A stretch of DNA of 64,000 nucleotides from assembly GCF_009914755.1 (NCBI RefSeq), contig NC_060946.1; one strand, written 5' to 3'. Numbering within the stretch: the first letter of the stretch is position 1; every line of letters begins with the position of its first letter. Origin of the DNA: the human T2T-CHM13v2.0 reference genome, Homo sapiens. The notes beneath the pieces were generated by a model that was given only the letters and a program-made list of their open reading frames with translations, was not told where the DNA came from and ran no database searches. Made by a program: the position numbers and the translations under genes. Positions 43,217-57,812 of the stretch are shown here, in pieces.

Positions 43217-43452
43217 AACCTTGGTGATCCACCCAATGGCACTGGCGCTCAGTGACCTCATCTGAAATGGTAAACCCTTCTTCCCTAATTAGGTTATGGG
43301 GGGATTATTTCACTGTATCAAGAAAGCTCATGTCCAAGAGGGCCAAGCAAATGAATCATAATTGTTATCAACAGGTGCAATGGAGAGGGTTCCCAGCTGG
43401 GACACCACCTCAAGCATCCATCACTGGCTGTGTGCCAGAAATGGGGCACTGT

Positions 43453-43466
43453 GTGCCCTCTGCTGG
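43453..43466 (-). promoter_or_regulatory. Candidate CTCF site
   Basis: CCAGCAGAGGGCAC is a close match to the CTCF core consensus. Confidence 0.6.
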
Positions 43467-43498
<32 letters not shown>

Positions 43499-43577
43499 GC
43501 CAACTATCCATTATCTAAGGCTCCACCCCAGAAAGAAGGAATCTTGGCATGGCCAGGGTTCTTCCTATCAATGCAGG

Positions 43578-43820
<243 letters not shown>

Positions 43821-44548
43821 CCATCTCCACTTCCACCTCCCATCCCGTAGCTTTAAATATTCAACTCTGTTGACTCCTTGAGCGACCTGTTGCTTCCAGA
43901 AGTACAGTCAACATATCCAAAGCAGCTGCTGAGACAAAATGACTCTGCAAACCTAATTCATGCTAGGCACCATGGACTCGTTTTCATCTTGCAAAAACCC
44001 TCAACAGCACCCCCAATTTACGCAGAGTCAATTTGCGGTAAGAGAGGTTAAGTGACTCAATGTGGACACACAGCATTTAAAAGGAGGACTGGGACTTAGA
44101 CAGCCCCATCCAACATATCTGTTAGGAAAGTGATTAAACTCTGCATCAGAGGATGGCCCTTTCCTCTTTGTTCTTTAAAGTTCTCACTACAGGTCATTTT
44201 GATGAAATAATTTAATTTTCTCCAAACATGGCCAATGCATTCACAAGGAAGTGCCAGTGCATTTATGACCACAGCTGCAGTATGTTAGGAAGTCTCTCCC
44301 TGCCCCTTTCTAATGCCTGAAGAAGGCTGCTGAGGCTGTGAGCTTCGTTATATCACAGTTCTCTAGGTTTCAGTTCCTCAGTTGTAAAACAAGGGTCTCT
44401 CTGGACCAGGTGGGTGACGTTTTTGCATCCCTCCCAGGAGACTTTCCAGGATTCTAGAAAAATATGAGAATGAAAGGAAAAACAAAGATTTGTTAAATGA
44501 CCACTGTCGGATGTAACAGGTCATTTAGTCTTTATAACAGCGGTGTAA

Positions 44549-44907
<359 letters not shown>

Positions 44908-45699
44908 TAACTTGTCTATTTCACTCTGTGATTTAAATGATGTCTACTAAAATTCAAACTCCCATCCACTTGTCCTTGGGGGCTATGTTCCCCCAACCAT
45001 CAACATTTGCCCTATAAAAAGTCCTTCTGTAATTTTCAAAAGTTTTATCTGTTTAGGCTGTAAGCCAGCCTAGATGACTCCTGATGTCCGTTCCTTCTCT
45101 TGATTATATGAGTCTATGACAGAAACAAAATGCAAACTGCATTAAAGGATTAACTGAATTTTTTCGTTATACTGGCTTATAAGAATCCTGCTAGCCACAG
45201 AAGTTCGCATGTCTTCTCTGTTGTCCAAGATACCCCATTTTCACTTGTCTCAGGGTTTGTCTCGTCCTTGTCTAAAGCTTGAGCATATCGACTTTGAAAT
45301 GTCATCTACCAGTTGTTTCTATATCTGCAAGTTCTTCAGTGACTGCAGAATAAAGGACCTTTTTAGACAAGGACAGGCTCCCTTGCTATCTTGGTGGCCT
45401 TGCTCAAACGGTACAACGTCCCTGAGCCTTAGTTTCCTCATCTATAAAATGGGACAAGGATGAAGTTGTTTGGGGGAATAAATGAGATAATATGTGTAAA
45501 ATTCCTAGCCCAGCACCAGGCCAAAAGGTGGAAACTCAAAGTCTAAATGAGCCAGACAGAGTCAACCACTGCCATACGCAGATACCAGAAGCTCTTCCCT
45601 CTCAATTCTGTTCTATGTAAACGACAGTGCAGGGATGACACAAGGATCAACAAGGAAGGATGGAGATCGTGACAAAATGGATCATCCGAGCACTGTGCA

Positions 45700-45910
45700 C
45701 ATGGACAGCCAGTACTCAGCTCCAGCCAGTAGCTACTATGATGAAATGAGGGTCTGGTTTTGCAGATCTTTTCACTTTTTTTAGGGAAAGCCAAAAATCA
45801 TGACTTCTTATGTGCAATCTCCCAATATTTAACCATTAGCAACAAATTCAAAAATGGTAAAAGCAGTAGGCGGGCCAAACCCAACACAAGTGCAAGCCAG
45901 ATGCAGCCAA
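45700..45910. mobile_element. MER103-like hAT fragment
   Basis: gcaacaaattcaaaa...gcgggccaaacccaacaca. Confidence 0.5.
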
Positions 45911-46644
45911 TCTTGGTTTAACATGCGATAAATAGAAACGATTGCTACAGTTTCCATTATTGTTATAGTTTAAATAGTACATTTCCTTCTTGTGTTTCTA
46001 TATCTTCCACAATACAATAATAAAAGGTTTTTTTTTTTTCCATTTCCAGGAATAAGGATTTTATGAAAATGCATGTTTGTTGAATAACACAAAGGAGAAT
46101 ATTATCTAATGTGGCTTGGGGTCAATATCAAGCAGTAATATTGTTTTAGTATTAATTAGAGCCGTGTCATTGCAAGAGCTGGTAAGAATACTGGTCTTGT
46201 TTCCAACTGATGAAAACACTCATACAGATTAGGGTTTTTATGAGTAAATTTCAGATCTTGAAATCAGTGCTGTGATCCACTCTCATAGGGTGAATATCTG
46301 TCCAAATGGTATATCAGAAAGGAAAAAAGCCAATGTCATTACATAGAAGTGTTAAACAATGATCTCTAAAGAAAAGTTTCATTCTTAAAAAGCATTTGAA
46401 CTTCAAAGCCCAACAATGACATAGATTCACATATCCCAAAGGTTAAGAAAATTCCTCTCATCTAAAAACAATGCAAAACCTACAAAATCACTTCAAATTC
46501 TGCTACCATCAAGATTTGCATAGTTTTTTGAAAACTAAAATAACATATTCAGAAAAATGAACAAGTCCTAAGTGAAATACTTAGTGAATTATCATAAAGT
46601 GAGCCCAGCTATATAGTCATCACACAGGTTAAAATTAAAATTAA

Positions 46645-46960
46645 GGCTGGGCGTGGTGGCTCACACCTGTAATCCTGGCACTTTGGGAGGCCGAGGAGGG
46701 CAGATCACCTGAGGTCAGGAGTTCGAGACCAGCCTGGCCAACATGGCGAAACCCCATCTCTACTAAAAATACAAAAATTAGCTGGGTGTGGTGGCACACG
46801 CCTGTAATCCCAGCTACTTGGGAGGCTGAGGCAGGAGAATCGCTTGAACCTGGGGATGGAGCAGAGGTTTCAGTGAGCAAAGATTGTGCCACTGCGCTCC
46901 AGCCTGGGAGACAGATTGAGACTCCATCTCAAAAAAAAAAAAACAAAAACAAACAAACAA
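46645..46960 (+). mobile_element. AluSx
   Basis: Full dimer with TSD aaaattaaaatta. Confidence 0.95.
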
Positions 46961-46974
46961 AAATTAAAATTAAA

Positions 46975-47750
46975 TTATTAGCAGCATCCCAAAGTCTTCC
47001 TTGGGGCCTGCCCCAGTCTCTGTTCTACCCTCCTTACCAGAGTTAACCACCATCTGAATTGGTAAGAGCCTACATTAATTTTTGCCTGTTTTTGAACTTG
47101 GTATAATTGGAATCCTATAGTATGTATTATTTTGTGTATGTCTTCTTTTGCTCAATACTGAGAGTAATTTCATTTTCATCACTCTATAGTACTTCACTAT
47201 ATAAACGTGCCACTATTCTTTTTTTTTTTTTAAGACAGAGTCTTGCTCTGTTGCCCAGTCTGGAGTGCAGTGGCATGATCTTGGCTCACTGGAACATTCG
47301 CCTCCAGGGTTCAAGCGATCCTCCTACCTCAGCCTCCCTAGTAGGTGGGGCTACAAGCATGCTAATTACTACCTAATTACTACCAAGCCCAGCTATTTTG
47401 TATTTTTAGTAGAGATGGGGGTTCGCCACATTGGCCAGGCTGGTCTTGAGCTCCTGGCCTCAAGTAATCTGCCTGCCTTGGCCTCCCAAAGTGCTGGGAT
47501 TACAGGCGTGAGCCACCACACCCAGCCCCACTATTCTCATTTTAGTGTTCATGAACATTTCATAGTTTCCTGTCTGGTGCTATTATAAATAACGCTGATG
47601 TGAGCACTCTAGTACTAGTCTTTTGTTTCCACCTACATGCATTTCTCTTGGGTGTATTGCTAGGGGTAGAGCTAAGGGATCATGGGGTATGCTTGGCTTT
47701 GCTTGGTAATACTTTGGGTAAGTTTTCCAAAGTAGTTATATAAATGGCTA
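46975..47750 (-). mobile_element. Old L1M fragment interrupted by an Alu
   Basis: tttgcctgtttttgaacttg...ggaatcctatagtatgta...gcatttctcttgggtgta. Confidence 0.7.
47219..47527 (-). mobile_element. AluJ/S
   Basis: TSD ccactattct and an internal 11-bp duplication ctaattactac. Confidence 0.9.
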
Positions 47751-48209
47751 TCTTTTACTTAAAATTAAGAGACCTATTCAAACATCAAAAGGACCCTCTG
47801 AATAAAATCCTCCCTCCTTTTGTTAAATTGGTATCCAAAATCAAAAAATAAAATAAAATTGACTTAAAACCAGGAAACCTGCAACAAAGAGCAGACATTC
47901 TGAACTTATCTTTTCAGAAAACCTTAACGCATCATCAGTTACTGATTAAACACCTATCATAGATGAAGTATCATGGTCTTAAATCATTCAGACAATTCAG
48001 ACCAATACATCTAAATACAGTGCCTTTCTCATGAGCTGTAAATGAAATGTTGGATACATATATGTCAAATTCAAATGCAAGAACCCAAAACTCCAAGGGA
48101 AGGATGAGATGTCCATATGAAAAGTGCATGGCACACCATCTCTGCTCTGTCCATAAAGGACAAGAAGAGGATGGAGAGAATGTGGGAGCATGGGACTGTG
48201 GGAAAGTGG

Positions 48210-49047
<838 letters not shown>

Positions 49048-49223
49048 AGTTGCATGTTGGGACTCACGGCAACCACATTTCTTGATTCCTGGTCCAGGCC
49101 TCTTGCCATGACCTCTTAAAGGAGATGCAGCCAATGGATGCAGCAGGATTATTTGTTCCACCCTAGCAGGATAGCCAATATTATTTTAAGACCAAAGGCT
49201 ACGTATAAGAAAAGTAGAGGTCA

Positions 49224-49576
<353 letters not shown>

Positions 49577-49767
49577 TTACTGCCCTCTCAGATGCCAAGA
49601 CCTTAAAGAGACTCTTAACAGTCCCAAGGTAAGAACTACAGACACATGCACTGGGCATTCTTTGGGATGCATGTGTCACCTGGGCACTATTCAGAGCAGC
49701 CCACTTGCATGCTCACATTTTCATTTGTTGCAAGATTTTGCTCAAGCTCAGCACTAACACTTATTAA

Positions 49768-50081
<314 letters not shown>

Positions 50082-51689
50082 AGCTCTTCATTTTTGATCC
50101 AATTTTTTAAAAACACAACTTTTGTATTATAAGTCCCATTTCATTTTGCATTCGGCATCCTATGTTCTTATACTCCATAATATCCTTACTAAATGATACA
50201 TTTGGACCACTGGCAGGACAGCAAAAATAGGCTTTCCTGCTAAAGCTGCTGCATAGCCTAGACTTGGGGGATACTGAAAGCTCCAGCAGATTATTCACCA
50301 ATACCATGTACAATCTGACTTCCCAGACCTTCCAGCACACTCTCTGGGATGAGGGGCTGAGGGATGGGGGAGCAGACACAGGGCTGGGGAATCAGTCATG
50401 TCTGGACAAACCCTCCTTGGATAAAATGCACCACCCCCATCCTGCCTATTCCACCACACAAGTGCCCTGGGATTCCCCCATAATAATAAGGCAAAGAAAA
50501 AGCTTTAACTTACAATTCTTTCACTCTCACTGCCAGTCTTCAAAATAGCCCAGTATCGGAACCGTATTTTTTTCTGTTGAAATTTACTGTGACAACACTC
50601 AAAAACATTCATTTCAGAGGGGGTTCATGTTGATAAAAATGGAAGCAACAGGGAACTCAGGCTTTAGGAATGACAAAACAGGGGTGCAGGCTGATATCAG
50701 TTCAGAAGTGAAGATCCTCTGCCTTTTCATGACACTGGTTTTAAGTGTTCAGGACTTCACATCCTCTGAAGACATTTGCTTTTAAATAACACCCACATTG
50801 TCCCGGACTGCCTCCCTGACAATGGGAAACCTTTGCACCGAGCTGGTTATGAATTATCAGAGGGCAGCATGTGTGAAGAGTTTTCTGAACGGCTGAAAAG
50901 CACCCTTTTTCCACATGCTGATAAGTCTCTAATAGCCGAACACATCTCCTTGATGGACAGAAAAGAAGAACCACATCCCACAATAAAACCCACTGGGCTC
51001 TGAGAAAAGGTGATTCTGATAGAAAATAACAGGTATGCTCTAAATTCAAATGGGGCTATAGTTGAGCAGATTCACTCCAGTCCCGGAATTAACATCACGA
51101 CCAAATGAAAGGAGCCACGTCCTCAGGTCTCAAAAATCACAGATGCTCACAGCACCAAGAGCCCTTCCCTACCAGCGGTTCCTGTGTCCCTCAATACCAC
51201 AGTCCTACCCAGGGAACATTCACTAAGGACACATTAGGAGCGAGTGCTCAGTTAGACACTGGGAGTGTAACGACGAATAAAACACTTCCTTCTCTCAAGA
51301 AACTCATAGGTAAGTGGTTAGAAAGACATCAAACAAGCAAAATATCTCTTGATGACTGCTGGTCATAGATGTTTCCACATGGGATCTGGCATTAGGGGAA
51401 AATGACATTGAATATGGGCATTGAAGGTGTTGGCTGGGAGGGAGGGTTACAGAAAAAAGAACTGAATAGTGGGCAGTAAGACCGCAAGAGTGAAAATTAA
51501 GAATCAGAGAAATAGTTTTCTCAGGTAGTTCAACAGGGTATTATACCCTGAAGACAGACAGTATAGGTTGGGGAAAAAACAATTGTGGAAGACCCCAGAG
51601 TCATGGTAAGGAGTCCACAGTGGATCCAGGAGGCAATGATGAGACCTGTCAGTACTCAAAGTCGGAGGAGGGCACATGTGTTCGTTCAC

Positions 51690-52500
51690 TCATTCATTGA
51701 ACAAACATTTGGGGACCAAATCTTCTCCCGGCACTACAGTAGGTGCTAGAGGTGGAAGGGCGAGCTAAAGAGACCCGCTTTCTCCATTCCCAAAGCTTGT
51801 AAATCTGCTGTGAAAACAAAAGATTATAAAAACAAGAAAAATAAAGAGCCCTGAGTATTAAGGGTACATACAAGGAGTTAGGTAAATAGGGAGCCAAGGA
51901 AGCCTGCTAGTTAAGGGTCAGGAGCAATTAATTGTGTTTCAGCTGAGACCCAAGGATCTAGGCAGCCAGACAAAGAAGAGGAAGGAAGTAAGAGCAATAG
52001 AGGGTGTCAGGGAGAAGAAAGAACAGGTGGGAAGAGCAGAGCCCACAGAGGGCGATGTACACCAGGACTTAAAAGAATCTGGCGTGGCTGGGTAGAGGAT
52101 GCCAGATAATGCGAGGCAGGATGGTGGGGATTAGGGGATGGGCCAGAGGGGCTGACAAGGAGCAGAGCGGTGCTCTGATTCAGCCCTGAGGAGTCTGAAG
52201 AACGAAGCAGACCTGCAAGAAAGTGGGCTGTTGTGCTTAGTCCTGATCACAAAGGAGGAGTGGCAGAGCCAGGGCGACAGCAGTGGTGAAAGATGGGAAA
52301 CAACTGACGCAGCTACAAGGCCGAGCTTAGACTCAACAGGAGGTGGCAACCGAGACACGGAGTGAATGAAGGGAGACAAGGATTACTCCCAAGTTTAGGG
52401 CCTGAACGGCGTAGAGCTGGGAATGCTGACTGAGATGTTAGAGAAAGAAAGGTGGACTGGGAAAGAAATAAAGCAAGGAGTTGGGTTTAAGAACTAAGGG
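51690..52500 (-). mobile_element. L2 fragment
   Basis: cattcattgaacaaacattt tail, followed by purine-rich L2-like sequence. Confidence 0.6.
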
Positions 52501-53479
52501 GTTAATGCACTAACAAAAACACCACCTGATGAGCGTCCTTCACCAGAGGTCACTGGGCCTTCAAAAGGTGTCTCAAGGAATGGGAATCTCATCTCTTTCC
52601 CAGATGGTGAACTCCATGCCTGACAACTGAGTCGCTGAAACAGGTGTTCTTTCTTACAGGGAGACAATGCCTGCCTCCCCATAACATTTATGCATTGATC
52701 CTGCTTCCATGCTCAGGAGCAAATCACAGTAAGCCTAAGCCGACTCCCTCTTAGTGTCATAATTCCCCTTAATCGGGGAAGATTCTGGTCATTTTCAGTT
52801 CACTTACATCAGACGTTAGAATCAGAAGCTTGTAGGTAGAATGTCGGCACCCTGCTAAGTGCACTCGACAACTTCATTTCACGTCGGAAGAAACGAAGGC
52901 CTAGCATGAAGAGCAAGTGTGCCCCAGATCATCCAGCTCCTCTGGCTGAGGTGATTTGAGATCCTGAGACAGCTGACCCCCTCCAGGGCTCTCTCAATAT
53001 ATCATGCTGCGGCGTGTAATCCAACTCCAAAACCCTATGCTGAGAGCAGCCACATCTCAGAGGGAGTTCTTGGCTCTGCTCTCAGGAGGTCCATTGATAT
53101 TAAACAGAGTCAAAAAATAAATAAACCCACATAAAGTATGAATAGTATTTCCATGAATACAGGCAGCAACTCTGCCCCTTATTTATGGCTTCACCTGCCA
53201 CGAAACCAAAAACTCAAGGGTGTCAATAAATGGATTGCAACGTTGTGGTGATGTTTAATTACAAAGAAAATAACGTCTCTGCGGGCCCTTTGGGAAATGC
53301 ACTGTTGTCTGCGGCAACCAGCAGGGAGCTTCATGGAGGCATTGCCTTTGTGTTCTGATAAATACTCAGACTTTCCCAGAGCCTCAGGATCTCTGGGTCA
53401 GGCAGGGTCAGATGGGTCACCTTGTGTAACTGCCTGTCTCGCTCAGCTCCCTCCCACGATACTGGACTTGTGTTTCTGC

Positions 53480-54320
53480 ATCTTTCATGCCAGGTATTTC
53501 ACCACCTCCTGGGCAGCTCATTCCAGCTCTGGTCAGCATGATCCTCATTATGAGGAGCTTGACATCTGGCTCCTTGCCACGTCCCTCCATAGGTTTGGGG
53601 CCACCAGAGCAATCCCAATCTTTCTTTCAGGGGACAGCCCTTTGTCTGTTTGCTGAAGCTGAGCATGTACACCCTGAGCCTCTGCTTTTCCAAGGTAAAC
53701 ATCCTCAATTCTTCCCACCATTTCTTACATAACCAGATTTGAACGGGCACTGTCACTCACCTGGATTTTCCTAAGCATGCTGCCTCATCTAGATTGTCCT
53801 TACAGCATAGAGTCCACAAATACAAATGCGGCAGCCCGAATGCACACTAACTGACACTCAGTAACAGAAATCTGTTGCCTCTGTCATCCTAGCTAAAATA
53901 CTGTGTTAACATGCCCACATCACCCAGCCCCTACTAAATGCAGCTCGTGATTTGGTCCCAAGTGTGGGGTTCATTCTAAAGGATCATGTTGATAGATACA
54001 GCACCTACACCCAGTCTGTCATGTTGCCTCAAAGTATTTTCATGATCTTTCCAGTTTCCCATAATCTATCTGCCAGTCTGGTGAAATTGCTCAAAGTTAG
54101 TGATCACATTCACTCCACCGGCCACGATGGTTCTAAGCTGCCTTCAAATTGACCATCAACACATCTAACCATAAACACAGACAGTTATGAATTCTCCATA
54201 ATCCAGATCAACTTCTAATCTCTTCCTTTTGGGAAACCATGCCATTTGCCTTTGGTGGCCATCCCAGTCACCCAATCTCACCCAGCGTGTTTTAAGCAAC
54301 TCTCCATCATCCTGTGACCA
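53480..54320 (-). mobile_element. L3/CR1-like fragment
   Basis: cacctcctgggcagctcattcca and other degenerate CR1-like motifs. Confidence 0.4.
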
Positions 54321-54339
54321 GAAATAGGCACAGGGCTTA

Positions 54340-54705
54340 AAGTTAACAAAAAAGTACCAGCCTCCCTCACTCCCCTCCCATAACCGCAGTGACTGGTTTC
54401 AGGAGGAGTTACCACAGGCAATTCAATCAGAGGCAATATTAGTGAATTAGCAAAAGGAAAAAATCCTCTTTCTACTGGGGTTGGTGAGGACAGGATGCAA
54501 GCCTGAAACTTCCTCTATGTAGATAAAGTCACCCTGAGAAAAACCAAGGCAGAGAAAAATAGAACAAAGGGATAGAGGGAGACCTAGCTACAAGCCCCTG
54601 GATCCAACTCTGCCTGAAGCCTGCCCTACCTCTGAACTTACAAATCCTATTAACTATCAAATTCCCTTTTCACCAAAAATCAATTTGGGTTGGCTTTCTG
54701 CCAAA
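54340..54705. mobile_element. Old ERVL LTR (LTR16/LTR33-like)
   Basis: agcccctggatccaactctgcctgaagcc...atttgggttggctttctg. Confidence 0.55.
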
Positions 54706-56085
54706 GAGTGCAAATCAAAATTCTACAACTTTCCTCACCCAGATTGTGTGACACCCTGTCAAATCCCTGACCAAAGTTCAATCACTCATTGAGGCCCCAA
54801 TCTATAGCATGGTATTACAGTTAACAACTCAAGCTCTTGAGTCCAATCCAGGCTCCATCTTGACCACCTCTGGGACCATGGGCAGATCACTGAAGCTTAT
54901 CTGCCTCATCCCCCCCATCTGTAAAACAGGTGTATTAAACGCACCTGGCACAAAGAATCATTGTGAAGAAAGAGTAAACATATGTAGAAGTCCTTATAAC
55001 AATACCTGGCCTGTAGAAATACTCAAAATACTAGTTGTTTGTACTGTCGTCATCACTGTGATGACAGAATCACAGTGTCTGTCATCACTGTCCTTGTTAT
55101 ACCATTATTATTATTACCAGCTTAGTTAAAAGTCAATGTTCTACTTATTAAACCTATACTAGCACGGGTGGTACCTCTAACTTCTTTTATAAAAAGGGCT
55201 TTTCCATGATCTCTGGGAGAATGTTTCCTTACATCAAGACCAACATCACCTCCCCTTCCTCTCTCTAGTCCCTTTTCCAAAAACTTCCCATCCACTGCCA
55301 TGGCATAATTGGCTCTATCTACCTGCTTAGATGAAGGTTCTGACTGTTCCAGGGATGCACCTAAAGGGTGGGAACAGGGACAGGGGTGTGTCACTTGGCC
55401 TCGGCACTGGGCTGAGCATCCTGAGCCCTCCCTGCTAGACAGGCACACAGTTTCACCTTGTTTATATTCAGTCTAGCTAACTCAAGGCAAATCTCAGAAA
55501 GTGAAGTGGAGATCCTAATTAAAAGGTAGCCTTGAGCTGCCAATAAAATTATGCATAAAGGAAACGTTTAAAAACACAGTTGTGACTTCCTTGAGACAGA
55601 TTTTCATTTGAGATCTTCCTTCTGAAATTCAAGTGTGGGGGTAAATAAAAATAAAGTCAGCTCTTCACCACTGCCGTTCCCTCTCTCTCTGAAGCCTAGA
55701 AAACCATCTTCACAGGCAAAACATTGCACTGTATTTGAAACGGCTGGCTAGAAAAATGGTGAGTCTTGCTGTTCCCACTGATTTCTGGAAAGTAGCAGGG
55801 ATCATCATTTGTTTTTATTTGTTTGGGGAGAGCAAATCCTTTGTTGCCTCCCTGCGCTCGGCCCCTCATGTAACTGATCATCTTTCATCCCCAGCCCAGG
55901 TCTGACAGCTCCAACAAACCTCTCCCACAGCACCCTGCCTTCCTCCATCACAACGCGCATCGCAACGTGCCGCGATCATTTCTTAGCCTATCTGTCTCCT
56001 CCACTATCCTGTGAATCTCCAGATCTGTTATCTCCATATTCTCAGCACCAAGTTTAGTGCAGGCATCCAATAATAACAACAACAC

Positions 56086-56547
<462 letters not shown>

Positions 56548-56816
56548 TTATCGACAAAGTAATTGACTTGATTTGACATTTCTGTACCCACCACACTCCC
56601 ACTACATCAAGGTATGCCTTATTTTGCTTGTTTTTCCCTTTTTCTCCTCACACTGTTGACTGCTGCCAACTACCTGTGTGATTCTAGACAAGTCACTTCC
56701 CATGACTGGAAATACATATTCCTATTAGATGGCTTTGAGTTTCTTTTCTAGGGTTCTATGACAGCTAATGTTCCCTTTCTTCCCTCCTTCCCTCTCACTT
56801 TGGCTTCCATTCTTAC

Positions 56817-56922
56817 CTTCGAAGCTCCCAGAAAACAGGTAAATCCAGGTGATGGCTGGGATGCAGAGAAGACTCAACGAGGCAGCCAAGAATTTCCGTC
56901 TCCCCCTGCAGATTCCCAGCAT
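56817..56922 (-). CDS. LARGE1: LARGE xylosyl- and glucuronyltransferase 1, first coding segment (cytoplasmic tail and type II signal anchor), 106 nt, phase-1 donor
   Basis: Translation [35 protein letters not shown] matches the LARGE1 N-terminus. ATG at 56922-56920 in context AGGATGC. Donor is GAAG|GTAAGA with GT at 56816-56815. Confidence 0.97.
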
Positions 56923-57004
56923 CCTCTCAGAAGTGGCAATCCCTAATCCCAGCGCCGTTTCTCTGTCCGGAGCATGAAGTCCTCGGCCTCCCTCATAATA
57001 CTCT
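56923..57004 (-). other. LARGE1: 5'UTR part (82 nt) of the LARGE1 start-codon exon
   Basis: Acceptor CCTTCCTCTTTGCTCTTCCTTTCAG|AGAG with a long pyrimidine tract and AG at 57006-57005. Confidence 0.9.
56943..56996 (-). promoter_or_regulatory. Upstream ORF in the LARGE1 5'UTR ([17 protein letters not shown])
   Basis: ATG at 56996-56994 with A at -3, a second in-frame ATG at codon 8, and TAG at 56945-56943, 20 nt before the main ATG. Confidence 0.7.
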
Positions 57005-57364
57005 CTGAAAGGAAGAGCAAAGAGGAAGGCCTGAGTTCTTAGCACTGGAGATGGGTGTAAGTTATGGAAGAGAAATATCTCATAGATCCTGAAAGGGGTT
57101 CAACTGATCTAGGCTTCCTGCTAACCTTTCATCCCAAGAGATGATGCTGCCGTCTCGCAGTCTTCAAAACTGAGACAATAAATAAATAAGTAAATAACAA
57201 AAACTGTAAGCTCGCTCTCTCACACACACACACAAACACGCACACACACATACACACGCACAATTTATAGTACAGGTTAACTTCGAGACCTGAACTAACA
57301 TACTTAAAGGAGCATTTAGTTAGCACCTGTTATGTACCACGTATGAACCACGTGCTGTGTTTCA

Positions 57365-57812
<448 letters not shown>

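Larger units (their letters stand above)
41966..43246. repeat. Perfect 45-bp dispersed direct repeat (41966-42010 and 43202-43246)
   Basis: gcggaatgaatgaataaccttggtgatccacccaatggcactggc occurs twice. Confidence 0.95.

Noticed and set aside
53176-53188. CArG-like CCTTATTTATGG (also CCTTATTTAAGG at about 25089)
   Set aside because: There are eight A/T bases between CC and GG, not the six of a canonical SRF site.
56725-57045. The 106-aa ORF as a complete protein
   Set aside because: Only 56922-56817 is coding. The ends run through the acceptor and donor into intron.
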